64,000 nt of DNA from Phoronis australis. Lineage: Eukaryota > Animalia > Phoronida. This document shows, one piece after another, positions 39,672 through 51,634 of the stretch (positions are counted from its first letter, which is position 1; every line of letters begins with the position of its first letter). The stretch is from NCBI GenBank assembly GCA_002633005.1, contig NMRA01000040.1, positions 699,362 through 763,361 on the forward strand, read 5' to 3'. The notes below the pieces were generated by a model. It was not told the DNA's origin. It saw only the letters and a program-made list of their open reading frames with translations, and did no database searches. The position numbers were made by a program, and so were the translations under genes.

Positions 39672-39938
39672 GTAACTCTGGGACTTGAACCCAGGTTGCA
39701 CGAGCGATGGCCAAGAATCTAAACCGTTCAGCCAAGAGGCAACTGCCACTTGGCATGCGACTTAGAGAGGCTTTCAATCTGGCTGTATGTGTCATCTCAC
39801 GTGACTTCTGGTTGTGACGACACGTACAGCCCGATAAAGCCTTTCTAAGTGGTTTGCCAAGTGGCAGTTGCCTCTTGGATGAACAGTTTAGACGATTGGC
39901 CATCGCTCATGCAACCTAGATTCAAGTCCTGGAGTCAC
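39672..39938. repeat. ~267-bp fold-back repeat with outward-facing tRNA-like A/B boxes
   Basis: Arms pair through CCAAGAGGCAACTGCCACTTGGCA / TGCCAAGTGGCAGTTGCCTCTTGG and onwards. The left arm read on the minus strand contains TGGCTGAACGG and GGGTTCAAGTCCC. Confidence 0.8.
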
Positions 39939-40518
39939 AGATGAGATAACTGCTGTCATAAACCAATACGCCTGTTTAGCGTACGAGTTTCAAAGTCAAA
40001 AACTGAACAATAGGCAAAAGACCAACATGACTGTTTTTGAAATTACAAAGTAAACCATTAGCTGTCTTTGAACTTTCAAAATCAAGGCATTATAAGACTA
40101 TAAGAGAAATTAGCGAATGGATTTCTTCAGCATCAGGGCTAAGCAACGAGCATAAATTTGTGTCTCGCTTAGACGTTGGGGTAAGAAAACGCCAAATGTT
40201 AACATAGGATTTGTCTCATGTCTACTGAATAATGCCAATAATGGACAGAAAACTTATTTTAAAAGTCTGGGACTACTATATTTTACCATTTTTTTGTCCA
40301 CTTAAACTGCTGATGTTTGTTTTATTTGTTAAACAGAAGAATCATTAATAATGTTCTTAATTGTGTTGTTGCTTATGATCCTTTTTTGTTTTTTTACAAT
40401 CCATTATTTTAAGAGAAATATGTCAAACTTGCTAGATAAATGCTTGGCAATTTAAACACAATTTTTATCGTCTTTGTTTGCAAGAGGAGTTCTGTTAGGT
40501 GTCAGTTGTTTTTTTCAG

Positions 40519-40596
40519 ATGGACATTGGATCATCTCTTATCAAACTTGCGGACATGTTGAATCCTAAAGAGGATTCTGACAGCGATGATGACCAG
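40519..40596 (+). CDS. DNAAF6: Dynein axonemal assembly factor 6 (PIH1D3), coding exon 1
   Basis: ttttcag|ATG; MDIGSSLIKLADMLNPKEDSDSDDDQ|gtga resembles the PIH1D3 N-terminal L..LLNP-acidic segment; phase 0. Confidence 0.85.
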
Positions 40597-41813
40597 GTGA
40601 ATGAAGCAGTATTGAATAAGATTGAAATAATTCTTGCCTAGATGATAAAATCTGACCAATTTCCATCATCAGATTGCCAAAATTTTCCCTTTTCTATTTT
40701 CAAGGGAGGCTTAATTCTTGCATTACTGTAAATGCCCACACTTATCAAAATATCACATGGTAGCTCTACTGCAAACCTTGAAAATAGAGAAAACAAAAAA
40801 TTTTTACTTCTGTCAAATTGTGAGACTTTACTGTAAGCGTTGTTCTGTTCAGGAACAAGGATGTTTATTGAAGTCGTACTAAAGTATGACAAAATTTATG
40901 CCTCTGGTTACTCAACTGCACAAATTATGCATGAGATCTTTCTACACAACAATCAAAAATGATTCACTTCCCCAATCACATGAATCAGTGTATTAGCAAG
41001 ATAAGTATGGGTGTCAAAAAGTCATCATCAGTTGGCAAACCCTTTCAAAGTCCAAAGTCCTTTTCATCAATTGACATGTAATGTCTCATTTTCTTTGAAC
41101 AGTACTCAAACCAATTGTTATCATTGGCAAAGAATATTGAGAAACTACGTTTTTCATATTATCAGAAAATTTCAGTTTGACATAAACTTTTAGGTCTCCA
41201 TTCAAAATTTACATACAATGCACAGTATGAGTGTCTCATTAGAGGAAGGAAATGGGACTTCAAACTTCTGAAATTATGTTTGTTTGGCTTTAGGAAATTA
41301 TGAAAACCTGCTGCTGACAAAAACTGACATTTCAGTTATTTGAACAAAACTTAGATTGAAACTAAGATTTTCATTGCATTTGCTTAGATCAACGGATGAT
41401 GGGAAAGAGCAATTATTGGATAGTATGATAAAGTCTCGTCAATTTAGGACACAATATGGTGGGCAATTGAAAGTTTATTTTCTTATTTTTTTCATAAAAG
41501 ACATTCAGCAACATAGTACTTGTGGACATTCACCACTATGTTGAAAACCTTTGAATTTTGAAAATTAGCAGTCAATTTTTGCAATTATTTTTGTCCAAAA
41601 CTGGCGAGATTTTACTGTACACTTGCTGTAAATTTTACTATGGCTCATGTCATTAGGATGTTGAATAATGGTAACTGGCAAAATTTTGAATTTAGTGTGG
41701 AATGTATCCAAAAATTATAGACAGTAACACTGCATCCATCACTTAGATCTCAGTTTTGGCTAATACAATACCCAGAATGCCATTTAATTTAGGAATGTAA
41801 TATATTTTTACAG

Positions 41814-41874
41814 CCTTGTAGTCAGATTTCTCAAATGGGACCAGGTCAAATTGGACCGAAAACAAAGAACAAAG
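41814..41874 (+). CDS. DNAAF6: DNAAF6 coding exon 2
   Basis: tttacag|PCSQISQMGPGQIGPKTKNK|gtatgt; contains the MGPGxIGP motif; phase 0 to 1. Confidence 0.9.
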
Positions 41875-42220
41875 GTATGTTTTTGATATCAAAATGCATA
41901 TTTTGTAGTTAAAATAATGTGTTCTCAATTGAAGAACAGTTTAACCAATGCTTCATGAATAAACATTTTTTAAAGGTTTTTAAACTTTTATCTAAAGAGA
42001 AAAATGCTTAAGTTCTGGCTCTCACTTTTCAATTCTGTCCACAGGTGGTGCTACTGGTCGGATTATTTTTTACCATATGTTGTTAAGTACAAGTTATCTG
42101 TGAACAAAGAATTAAGATTTTTAATGTTCTGTTTCATTGAGAAACATCACTCTCCAGGACATTTTGCCCTAATTTGAAGAATGCGTGTGATTTTAGTAAT
42201 TGGCAATGCTTCATTAATAG

Positions 42221-42338
42221 ATAAAGCTCCAACAACAACCCCCTATGCCAAAAAGGAATCGAAAGACATCTGGGATGCTGACGAGGTTCAAGAAGGCTCA
42301 GAATTTGATGACGTCTATGACCCCCGACCTCAACCAGA
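42221..42338 (+). CDS. DNAAF6: DNAAF6 coding exon 3
   Basis: DKAPTTTPYAKKESKDIWDADEVQEGSEFDDVYDPRPQPE; contains the DIW...EG.E.DD..D.R..PE motif; phase 1 to 2. Confidence 0.92.
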
Positions 42339-43233
42339 GTATGTGTCATTGGCAAATCTAGGACATTCTGGAAGGGAGGCCTGACCAATACAATTTTACA
42401 TAGGACAGAACTAAAAGTGGAATGCCAGCACCTTTTTTATTGATTGGAACCGGAACCTCATTGGCCAACTCCCATAAATATGTCTACGATAGCACTGAGT
42501 CACGGTCTCCAAGTGCTGTCACAGTCATCTCATTTACATATTATCTGAATGAAAAAAACATGTTGGTCATTGAAACTTGTTTTAGCCAGCCTACCTCTTT
42601 CAAGATCTGCAAGTTCTTTTCCTCTATACAATTTAGTTCTGTTGAGCTTTATTTCTTTTCTCGTCCAGTGCAATTTCTTTCATGCAAGCACTGTTATGTT
42701 CTCATGATCAACAATTATTTTTTGTTCTAACAGAAGGCACAAGTATAATTGATACTTTATGTAAAAACTTTGTGAGTACCAGAATATTTGACTGAGTCGG
42801 AGTACTTTATTTGGATGACAATAATGCTCTTTGCAGGACAATTGCGATTCATCAAAAAAGAATTGTGTTTGCGAGAAACAAATTGTGGTGTATGAGAAAC
42901 AAAATAGTTTGTGAGAAAATCAACTGTATTCTCTGAAACAGTGTTCATGTGTGTGTTAAGAAATGAGTTCTCAATTCATACATGTTATGTTAGATATAGT
43001 TAATCCCATTTCACTTTAAATCTGTAAATGTTTAAGAGTAAGCGTTTTACCCACTGACCTTTAAGTTAACTCGCATTTTTGTTGTTATGATTAAGCACAC
43101 ATTAACTCCATTTTTATGAGACAGTAATCTGCAAATGTTGGCATGGTGAGCGTTTAAAATACACTGTCCTGGGCCCTTATGATTGATGTTTTGTGGAGAA
43201 ACCTGTTTACTAAATGTCTTTTTCATCTTTTAG

Positions 43234-43330
43234 ATATGAAATACTCTACAAGCAGGCTGTCGGCACTGAAGACATCTTCTTGGGGATGGGTAACAAAAAT
43301 ATGTCAACATCAAGTTGCGAAGATATGATT
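43234..43330 (+). CDS. DNAAF6: DNAAF6 coding exon 4
   Basis: YEILYKQAVGTEDIFLGMGNKNMSTSSCEDMI|gtaagt, the hallmark PIH1D3 block; phase 2 to 0. Confidence 0.95.
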
Positions 43331-44202
43331 GTAAGTGTTCGTCTGCCAAAAAGTCGTATGGTGTTGAAATTATTTTGGATTTTAAGGTCATTGTTTATAG
43401 GCCATTTTGAAGCCTTTTAATTTCCGATGATTTTAGCAGTTTTGAACGTTAATTTCTGTCTAGTGCATATGTTAATGTGCATGAACTTTTGCACACTGAT
43501 ATTTTGGTCAATGACCAAGAGAACGGTTTCTCAGATTTTTGATTTTCCTTTAAACAATGAAGACATTTTGGGTTATGCAAAATGGGATGTTGTTTTGAAA
43601 AAGAAGTTTGATGGCTGATATCTGTTAACTTAGGGTAAATCAAAAATCTGAGACAGATTTCTGCTCTTAAGAATATATAATTTAATTACTAATTTGTTAA
43701 CAGTTTAGGGTTTTTAGAAACTCTTGTTCTAAGCAAAAATTGAGATTGTTCTTACAAAATGGTTGTAACGTGATTATAACAACATTTTAACATTACCATT
43801 TAGTGAAAATATATACTTTCATAAACTAAAGTGAACAATTTCAGCACGAAAAGACTACACGATTGTTCTCAATAGTTATTAAATGGTTTGTATGTTGGTA
43901 AAATGCAGTGTTCTTTCAGGTATTATTGAAATTTTTAAAAGTCCACGAAACATCTCTTTTGACGAATCCCCAACCACCTGCGTAAAGAGGAAGTCCAAAA
44001 ATGTCAACTTCCCCTCCCTGTAGGTGTCACCGACATCTTAAGAAAGTTTTAAGTGTAAAAAGTTGGTTGTTAACCCTTTTGCACCACACATTTTGTACTC
44101 TGTCTAAAATTGCCAATTCCTTACATTTATTAAAAACTTCTGTGTATGCATTGATGGTGATGAATTTTATGTTTCAATAAATTGTTTGTTTTTACATTTC
44201 AG

Positions 44203-44288
44203 ATAAAAATAAAATTGCCAGATACAAAGTCTTCAGAACTAGACTTAAATGTGAAACAAAGGTTTCTGGACTGTCGGACTCCCAAGTT
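44203..44288 (+). CDS. DNAAF6: DNAAF6 coding exon 5
   Basis: tttcag|IKIKLPDTKSSELDLNVKQRFLDCRTPK|gtaagt; CS domain; phase 0 to 2. Confidence 0.92.
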
Positions 44289-45249
44289 GTAAGTATTCTC
44301 CTGCAGTGTGATGAAAATAAAAAAATTACTAACAAAATTTTGCTAAAAATTCTAAATTCTTCATATTGTGAAGTGTTTGTAGACAGATAAGCCATAGAGT
44401 GAAGTTGGAAAAAACAAATGAATTCAGGACTAATTAAAATATTAGTTTTTCTTTGGGTCATCCGGGAGTTCCAGTTGTATTTGTTCCAGTAATGTCCGCA
44501 TTTAAATTTAGGCATTACTGTAACACTCCACAAGCTGTGTGGTCTTGCAGTAGTGATCTTACTTGTGTTCCCAAATAATATTTCCATGACCATCTTTTAT
44601 AGCTGTCATATTGTGGACATGGTTGGAGGTGTAAACCTAGGGTATAAAAACATTCCAAGATGGGCCATCAAAAGCTGATAGGCCAGTGCCAAATTTTCTC
44701 CCTAGACGAGCAGGAGACAGTTAATATGCCTCTCAGATGTCCGATTCGGTTACTACTGTCCACTCCTCTGTTGTGTTGCTTTGGTCTAAAGGAAATACGT
44801 TCCAACAACTTCGAATGAAAAAATCACTCAACTACAAGAGAAGTTTACGTTTACTTCAGGAGTGAAATTTACCTTGAAGTTCCCAGCACACACATACTTC
44901 AATGTACCACTCCGCGTGATTGGGTTAGTGGATGAAAAGAATCGAAACAATGTCCACATTTGCCGGATTTATTCCTAATTTAATTACTTTGAATCTCTGT
45001 TTAATATGTCACATTGATTTTTAGTTGTTTTAATGCTTGTTGAACTATTAAAAAGTTTAGTACATGTACAAACTGAAACATAGCACACTGTATTTGTGCG
45101 CGAAAGCATTCATGTTAAAAATCTCACCTGAGGCCAATTTGTTGTGTCTACAACTTGAAGCCAGCAGACAGAAATTCATAGCCTTCTTGGCAACAAACTA
45201 AAAGCCAAAGTAAAAATGGCAACTTCTGGCTATACTCTTTGAGAAACAG

Positions 45250-45496
45250 CATGTGCGCACCCAGGGGGGGGGGGTACCGGGGGCTCAAACGAACCCCCCA
45301 TTTGGTGAAGTGGGTGAAAAGGCCCGCCTCAAAAACTCCGAAAAAAGTATGAAACGAAACAGAAGTCCACTAAAAAGACAGGAATTTGATGAATGCACAA
45401 TTCGTAACTTTGAAGGTACCTTGTGAATCTTTATCAGTAAAAGATCCACATTCTCAAAAATTCAAGTCCCCCATTTTTAGGCTGGGTGCGCGCATG
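45250..45496. mobile_element. Small TIR element (MITE) in DNAAF6 last intron
   Basis: TIRs CATGTGCGCACCCAG / CTGGGTGCGCGCATG, flanked on both sides by AACAG (5-bp duplication). Confidence 0.75.
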
Positions 45497-45590
45497 AACA
45501 GGCCTGTATAATTTTCTTGTATTCACTTTTTGTACTCACAAAACACTTACAACGAAGTAGACCGATCATCTATACGTTGTTCTTTTTCAG

Positions 45591-45717
45591 TAAACTAGGA
45601 CTACATCTTCCCCATCCTGTAGACCATAAAAATGGAAAGGCAAAATTTGATGTGGACACGCATACGCTCACAGTAACATGTCGCATGACAAGGGAATACG
45701 ACTTTATGAACTTCTGA
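45591..45717 (+). CDS. DNAAF6: DNAAF6 coding exon 6 (terminal); spliced CDS 567 nt, 188 aa
   Basis: ttttcag|(F)KLGLHLPHPVDHKNGKAKFDVDTHTLTVTCRMTREYDFMNF*; AATAAA at 46346-46351. Confidence 0.93.
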
Positions 45718-46617
45718 ACTACAGCACTGCAGGCTGTTCAATGCAACTGATACACCGGAAGTAGCATACTGTGGTCAAGAAATCTTGTCTGGAGATGCAT
45801 CCTGAACTGGTGCTCGTTGTAGTTTTTGCACATCTCTTGAAAGATAGCAGAAATTAAGTGTTGCCGGATAGGTGCGGTAGTACGAGATTAGGTCAACTGA
45901 TCACACATAGGATGAGAAATGAACTATCAATGTGGAAGGCTTAGATTCCTCATCACAAAAGGATGTAAAACTTGCTTACTGAGTCGTACTTACCAACAAG
46001 TTTGTTATGACTGTCATTATCATTTTGTGGTTTTGTTGGCTGGTTAACATCGGTGGTTATTTGAAAATGTTATGGCTGTGACTAAAGTCTGCTTGCTTTT
46101 CACTTCACGTTGTTAGTTGGTATTTGGTTACTGCATGTGCAGTACAGTCCATAAATATTTCGTCCTACTGGTAACAACATGGTAATGCACGGATTTCTGA
46201 ACTACACTGTATTCTAATATTGACCAAATTTCGTGAAACTGAACTACTTTTTAAAAGTCAAATACTTTATTTATTATGTATCTAATGTTCCAACATTCCA
46301 ATGATAGGTGGTACATTTCAGTATTATGATTTTTGATTTATTACAAATAAAGAGCATTGCTAACTTATTCAACGAGCAATTATTTTTATTATTTTTTCTG
46401 CGTTTAAGCCTCTTGCATAAAGCCAATATGTACCATAAGTTTGCTTAATTAAGTGCATAAAGTTGCAAAACACTCATTGCCAATGATTTTTCAACATCAA
46501 AAACACTAACTGTTAAATTATAGACCACTCACCACTGTCCAAGTGGTCGCTAATTTTCCCTTGCCAAGGTTGTGGGCTTTGAAAAGAATCAACAGTATGG
46601 ATGCAATATTGCTTTCT

Positions 46618-47165
46618 GACTTGACTTGTACCCCTGGACACCTTGAAATGCATACGGCCTCCATGACTGCTCGTCATCTGGTCCAGTTGGTAGCCTTTGT
46701 TCATTCCACGACATGCCAATAGAGAGGTGTTCAGATGTTGCAGTTCTTCTCCAATTTTGCATAGGACTGCCTTGCTACCGTCTCCCTTGGGGTTCCATTT
46801 AAGGGCAAATTTAATGATAATATTTGCATTGGGCTGTCTCCATGGCTTCCTGTCTGGCTCTGCTCCACAGTTTCATTTGTTACTGTGCCAGATCTTTCGA
46901 TTCGCAGGATTTGACGAAGACATCCGGTATTTGTTGATGATGGATTTAGTAAGTTGCCATGTCTCTGACCGTAAAGCAGGACGGACACGACATCTGAGTT
47001 GAAGATTTTGAGTTTAGTTTTCATGGAATATGTTTTGGACTTCCAGACAGGTTTCAGCATAGCCTGTGCTAGATGGGCCTCCTTACTACACGCCTTGATG
47101 TCTTTCTCTGTTCCGTCCTTAGTGCTGACTATACTACCCAGATAGGTGAATATTGCACTGTACTG
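46618..47165 (-). mobile_element. 5'-truncated RTE-clade LINE fragment (RT C-terminal region), frameshifted
   Basis: FTYLGSIVS...LKPVWKSKTYSMKTKLKIFNSDVVSVLLYG is typical of the RTE RT thumb region. It ends in a short (CAAGT)n-type tail at about 46618-46628. Confidence 0.85.
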
Positions 47166-47510
47166 AATGAAAAATAAAGTGTTATGTGCCCCAAAAGCAA
47201 CATGGCTGGATCCATGCCCGAACTCTAGATGGCGCTTGTGTTGCATAATACCAGATGTTTTGTGGTTCTAAGTTCCCATCAAGAAATGTCACATCTCATT
47301 AAGCAGGAATAAAACCAGAAATTATCTTTTCAAATGAATGCACTGAGATAATTTATAATTTAGAATGACATTTTTTGCATATAATTTGTTAGAATAAATA
47401 AAAAGTCCTGAAATGACATGAGAAATTTTACATCCACATCCTCGAACACCCATTTCTTTCACAAAAAGACAAATTCTGTACAAAACCCCACCCAAATATA
47501 TCACGTAATA

Positions 47511-47780
47511 TCATAATGTTCCACTCTGCGGAGCAACAGCACCATTCGCAGTCTCTTTCTCATTTCCACCAACACTGCTGCTCTGTAGAGTTTCAGCAGC
47601 ACCGTTAAGGGGTTCAGTTCCAGCTACTGCCTCAGTCTGAGTTTTGGACAACTGCTCCTGTTGTTTGGTAAACTCTTCCACCATAGCTTCTTGTCGCTTG
47701 GCCTGTTGTACCATGAAGGTCCTCATGATTTTCTGATTGATGTTCAGCGCCTTGTTGGAACATGCTTCAATGCATTGCAA
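47511..47780 (-). CDS. TIMM10B: Small Tim chaperone Tim10B/Tim9-like, coding exon 3 (terminal); spliced CDS 399 nt, 132 aa
   Basis: tttcag|LQCIEACSNKALNINQKIMRTFMVQQ...; second CX3C motif; stop at 47511-47513. Confidence 0.88.
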   Translation of the reverse strand: MQCIEACSNKALNINQKIMRTFMVQQAKRQEAMVEEFTKQQEQLSKTQTEAVAGTEPLNGAAETLQSSSVGGNEKETANGAVAPQSGTL

Positions 47781-48179
47781 CTGAAAGAAACAACTACTAC
47801 GTGTTTATTGGGTTATGACAGCAGCGTTATTAACACTGCATTCAGCCAAATGTTTTACAAAACTATTTATTTTATAAATAATTTAATCCTGCTAGTAAAA
47901 GTATATGTGAAGGAAGACAGTATGCACAATTCAATTTTGCACTAAATGCAAATCTGTTTTTGAGTGGATCACATTACCATGCCTTTTTAATGAAATGTGG
48001 CAAAAAACAAAGATACATTTAGAGCAGGACATGGTATCAAGTACACAAATAAATTACATCATTTTCTAGAAAATTATTTTATTTTTGGCAGCTTTTTACT
48101 TCTTCACAAACACAATAAATCCCAATTTTCAATAGTACCTTACGCAAAAGTGAGGGAATCTAGGTTCACTATTAAAGAG

Positions 48180-48373
48180 GAGGCAGTGTGGCCCTGTGGA
48201 ATAAGTCCGCTTCCTTTACTCAAGATTGTGGGTTTGAGTCCCACTGGGGCTCAGTGTTAAACCCTTGAGTCAGATCTCTAGCTCCTTAGCTCAGTTTTAA
48301 CTATATATTTATGAAGCATCAATGGTGACCAGCGCACGTCTGTTGAAACTTGTACCAGACTGCCTGCAATTAC
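48180..48373 (+). mobile_element. tRNA-derived SINE-like repeat, copy 2 (TIMM10B intron 2)
   Basis: A-box-like TGGCCCTGTGG, B-box-like GGTTTGAGTCC; core shared with the copies at 20166 and 54270. Confidence 0.7.
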
Positions 48374-48724
48374 TTTTTTGCTGTTGGAACGTGATTTGGC
48401 AAAATAAAAAATGGGGATGCAAGAAGACAAAATTTGATGCTTCATTAATACCATTTTCACATCCTTGAAAACGTGACATACAACAAACAGCTTTAATATT
48501 GCCAGGAGTCCTTAATGGAAACATCAGGACACTTTCTTAAAAGGTGTTTTGGAAACTGCACATGGAAGACAAGAGAAAATATGAGACGGATGCCTTGTAC
48601 ATCTTTACACATCTGTTGTTTTCATATGGAAAAATATCAAAAGATTTCTTTGTTTTTTTTTGGGAAAGAGATCAAGAAAAGCATACATTGAATATGGCGA
48701 ACATAGCGACCAACTTCATACTAC

Positions 48725-48820
48725 CTCGTTATCTGTCAAATCTCTGTAGTTGAAGTTGGACGCACATCTAACAAAGCAATGTTCCGTCATCTTGTTATAC
48801 TGTAGCAGGAAATCCTTGAA
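48725..48820 (-). CDS. TIMM10B: TIMM10B coding exon 2
   Basis: ttgtag|[32 protein letters not shown]|gtagta; DFL..YN.MTE.CF.RC is the Tim9/Tim10B signature; 96 nt, phase 0. Missed by the ORF track. Confidence 0.92.
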
Positions 48821-49628
48821 CTACAAGCAAAGAAAAACATTGAAAAACACAGAAAGAAGAAAACAAAAAGCAACAGGTTATGCCAGAAACAAAACGCCAG
48901 CATTTTAACATAGCAGTAAACAGCTTTGCGCAGACGTGGGTAAAAAAGAGATCAAATACAATCTGGCAAAAATTAGTGTCATTCAAAAATACAATCTTCC
49001 TTGAGTTATTTATCGGTGTTGGTAAAATGATGGCGCAATCTTTTGCATTGGCTTTCAGCAGTTCACCGCCATGAAATATTATGTTACCTAGTATTGGCCA
49101 GTTTCTTTTCTCCTTGATTCCTCTAGCAACGGTTCTTCTCTTCCACAAGGTTATGTGCATGTCACAACAAATTGTCGCAACTGGTTTCATTTAGTTACAA
49201 GTTTTTGGTATTTTAAAACCAGCAAACTGAATTTCAGAACAAAATTTCCTGCTGCAAAGGTGTCATCCCCTGAGAGGTGCCGCAAAATTTTAGGAAATGA
49301 CATGTGTGCCTGTCACCAGCGTACTATTTTCTAAATGATGACAGACTTGTCTTAATTACAAGAGGGGGGGAATTAGGCAAGAAAATGACATTTATTAGAA
49401 TATTAGATTGCTTTCACTTAAATTAAATGACCGTGCTGCAAGCAAGGACAAGGACAAGATGAGTGTCGGTTGACAACCAGATTTTGTATGCACCACCACT
49501 GGTCAAAAGGTCTACATGTTGTCTATATAAGTTTCACGACGAGATGACAAACACATCTACCCAGGCTTTGTGAAATTTCAGGGTATAACGCCACGGAGCT
49601 CAAGTCTAGACACAGTAGGTCAGTGCCA

Positions 49629-49832
49629 GTGGTACCTAGGCTAGCTGAATTTTGAGGAGTCTTCAAACAGCGTCAGTGACAGTGGCTGGTTGAAAACTGA
49701 GACAGACCCTGGGCAGAGGCACAGTCGTCTTCAGCATTTAATAGTCCCCAATACATTACAGATAGTGTATTGGGCCATGGCATTGGGGACGATCAGAAGC
49801 TAAGGACGCCCGTGGCCGGCGTGGGCAGAGCA
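49629..49832. repeat. ~200-bp direct repeat, copy A (copy B at 50916-51125)
   Basis: Near-identical sequence from GGCTAGCTGAATTTTGA to GTGGGCAGAGCA in both places. Confidence 0.9.
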
Positions 49833-49850
49833 GCCAGAGCAAGAGGCACG

Positions 49851-50316
49851 TTTAGTAGTAATAATCTTTATTTAAAAGTCGGTGATCCTTAACAATGAAA
49901 CATTAGCACAAGTGCTATTATCCGACAGATTTAAAATCTACAAAATGAACAGAACTAAAATACTAGCTAATTCTACAGTACGGAGAATATACAGAACTTA
50001 AACATAAATGTAAGTACAAAAGCACACATACATGTTACGAAGCGTGTAGGCATCCATAGCAGTCTTCACAAGAGCAGATCTCAGAGAAAAAGTCATGAGC
50101 AAGAGTGATAAATTCATTTAAGGTAGTACATTGTCTCATTACTGATGGCAATGAGTTCCATAGCAAAGTACCTTTATGGGAGATTGAGTTACATCCGTAA
50201 GTCATCGTATTAAAGCGTTTCACATAGAGACAGTTTTCACCTCTGAGACCGTATCCAGACTCTCTAAATTCAAGCTTTCCTGACAAAGGACAGGGTCCAA
50301 TAATATGAACATTTTT
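49851..50316 (-). mobile_element. 3' end of a CR1/L2-type LINE running into the gap
   Basis: YGCNSISHKGTLLWNSLPSVMRQCTTLNEF is the typical ORF2 C-terminus. The 3' end reads AATAAAGATTATTACTACTA on the minus strand. Confidence 0.75.
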
Positions 50317-50503
50317 NNNNNNNNNNNNNNNNNNNNNNNNNNNNNNNNNNNNNNNNNNNNNNNNNNNNNNNNNNNNNNNNNNNNNNNNNNNNNNNNNNNN
50401 NNNNNNNNNNNNNNNNNNNNNNNNNNNNNNNNNNNNNNNNNNNNNNNNNNNNNNNNNNNNNNNNNNNNNNNNNNNNNNNNNNNNNNNNNNNNNNNNNNNN
50501 NNN
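50317..50503. other. Assembly gap (N run)
   Basis: Run of n characters. Confidence 0.99.
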
Positions 50504-50915
50504 TTTTTTTCCTGGAGTAATTGTTATTTTATGAAAATTCGAAATCGCAAAATTGTACGTAGTGACTTCTCTTTGTCGGCTGTGTTGACTTTAAGGTCAA
50601 TATCTTCGCACAGGAACGTCTAATCGAAATGGTTTTTTTGGCAAATTATTCATCATAAAAAGTTCTTTAAAATGATGTATTACATGTCTATTTACGTTTC
50701 TTAGTTTTGAAATAATAATATTTTGAACTCGCAGATTCGATTTGACAGAATTTTTACCAAAAATTTTGACACGAAAATGACATTTTCTCCGGAACCATAA
50801 GTCCAATTTAAAAAATTTTACTATCGTTATTTTAGTCTCGAAAAGAGCTTTCTAATGATGTATATTACATGCACATTTTCTAAAATTTTTGAAAAATGCT
50901 GTCCTCCCTACTGTG

Positions 50916-51125
50916 GTGGTACCTGTACCGGCTAGGCTAGCTGAATTTTGACGAGTCTTCATACAGCGTCAGTGGCAGTGGCTGGCTGAAAACTGAGACA
51001 GACACTGGGCAGAGGCACAGTCGTCTTCAGCATTTAATAGTCCCCAATACATTACATATAGTGTATTGGGCCATGGCATTGGGGACGATCAGAAGCTGAG
51101 GACGCCCGTGGCCGTGGGCAGAGCA
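50916..51125. repeat. ~200-bp direct repeat, copy B
   Basis: See 49629-49832. Confidence 0.9.
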
Positions 51126-51205
51126 ACGTTTCAAGTCATCAAGTGATTTAAAAAAAAATTAAAGGGTTAAATTAAAGAAATTAAAACGATAATCACGAGA
51201 CTTAC

Positions 51206-51238
51206 ATTGCGCACACCTTCTTTATCAGTGGCGTCCAT
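51206..51238 (-). CDS. TIMM10B: TIMM10B coding exon 1
   Basis: ATG at 51238; MDATDKEGVRN|gtaagt; 33 nt, phase 0. It joins as VRN-FKDFLL, compared with human LRN-LRDFLL. Confidence 0.85.
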
Positions 51239-51239
51239 A

Positions 51240-51634
51240 TTAATTCAAACTTGCTTGCCTCGAACAAGAACAAAAATTCACGGGATAACCATTTTCACGC
51301 TTCTTTCATAGTAGAAAAATTGCCAGCGCACATTCCCAGATGAAAACATGTTACGAATTTATCGAAAATATGAAATATTTTGCTTAACATATAAAATTGC
51401 TATTTTTAAAAGTGATCCAAGGTGATTTCTTAACTTATCCATCCATACTTTGTGAAATTTAGTCATCTTATTATAATTTGATTCGACTTTAACAAATCAT
51501 GTGAACAAAACCGGAAACGGTGACGTCAACATCCAACAAAAATCTATTTCTAATGTTGTAGAGGAGCCCTGAAAATTTTCTTCTCAAAATTACCTTCACT
51601 CTCGGGCTTCAGGGCTTAGCTGTTTGACGTAAGT
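51240..51634. promoter_or_regulatory. Putative bidirectional promoter TIMM10B/arfaptin, including a probable non-coding first exon of arfaptin
   Basis: ETS-type CCGGAA (51511-51516), full CRE TGACGTCA (51521-51528) and a plus-strand donor GTAAGT at 51629, about 390 bp from the TIMM10B ATG. Confidence 0.55.
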
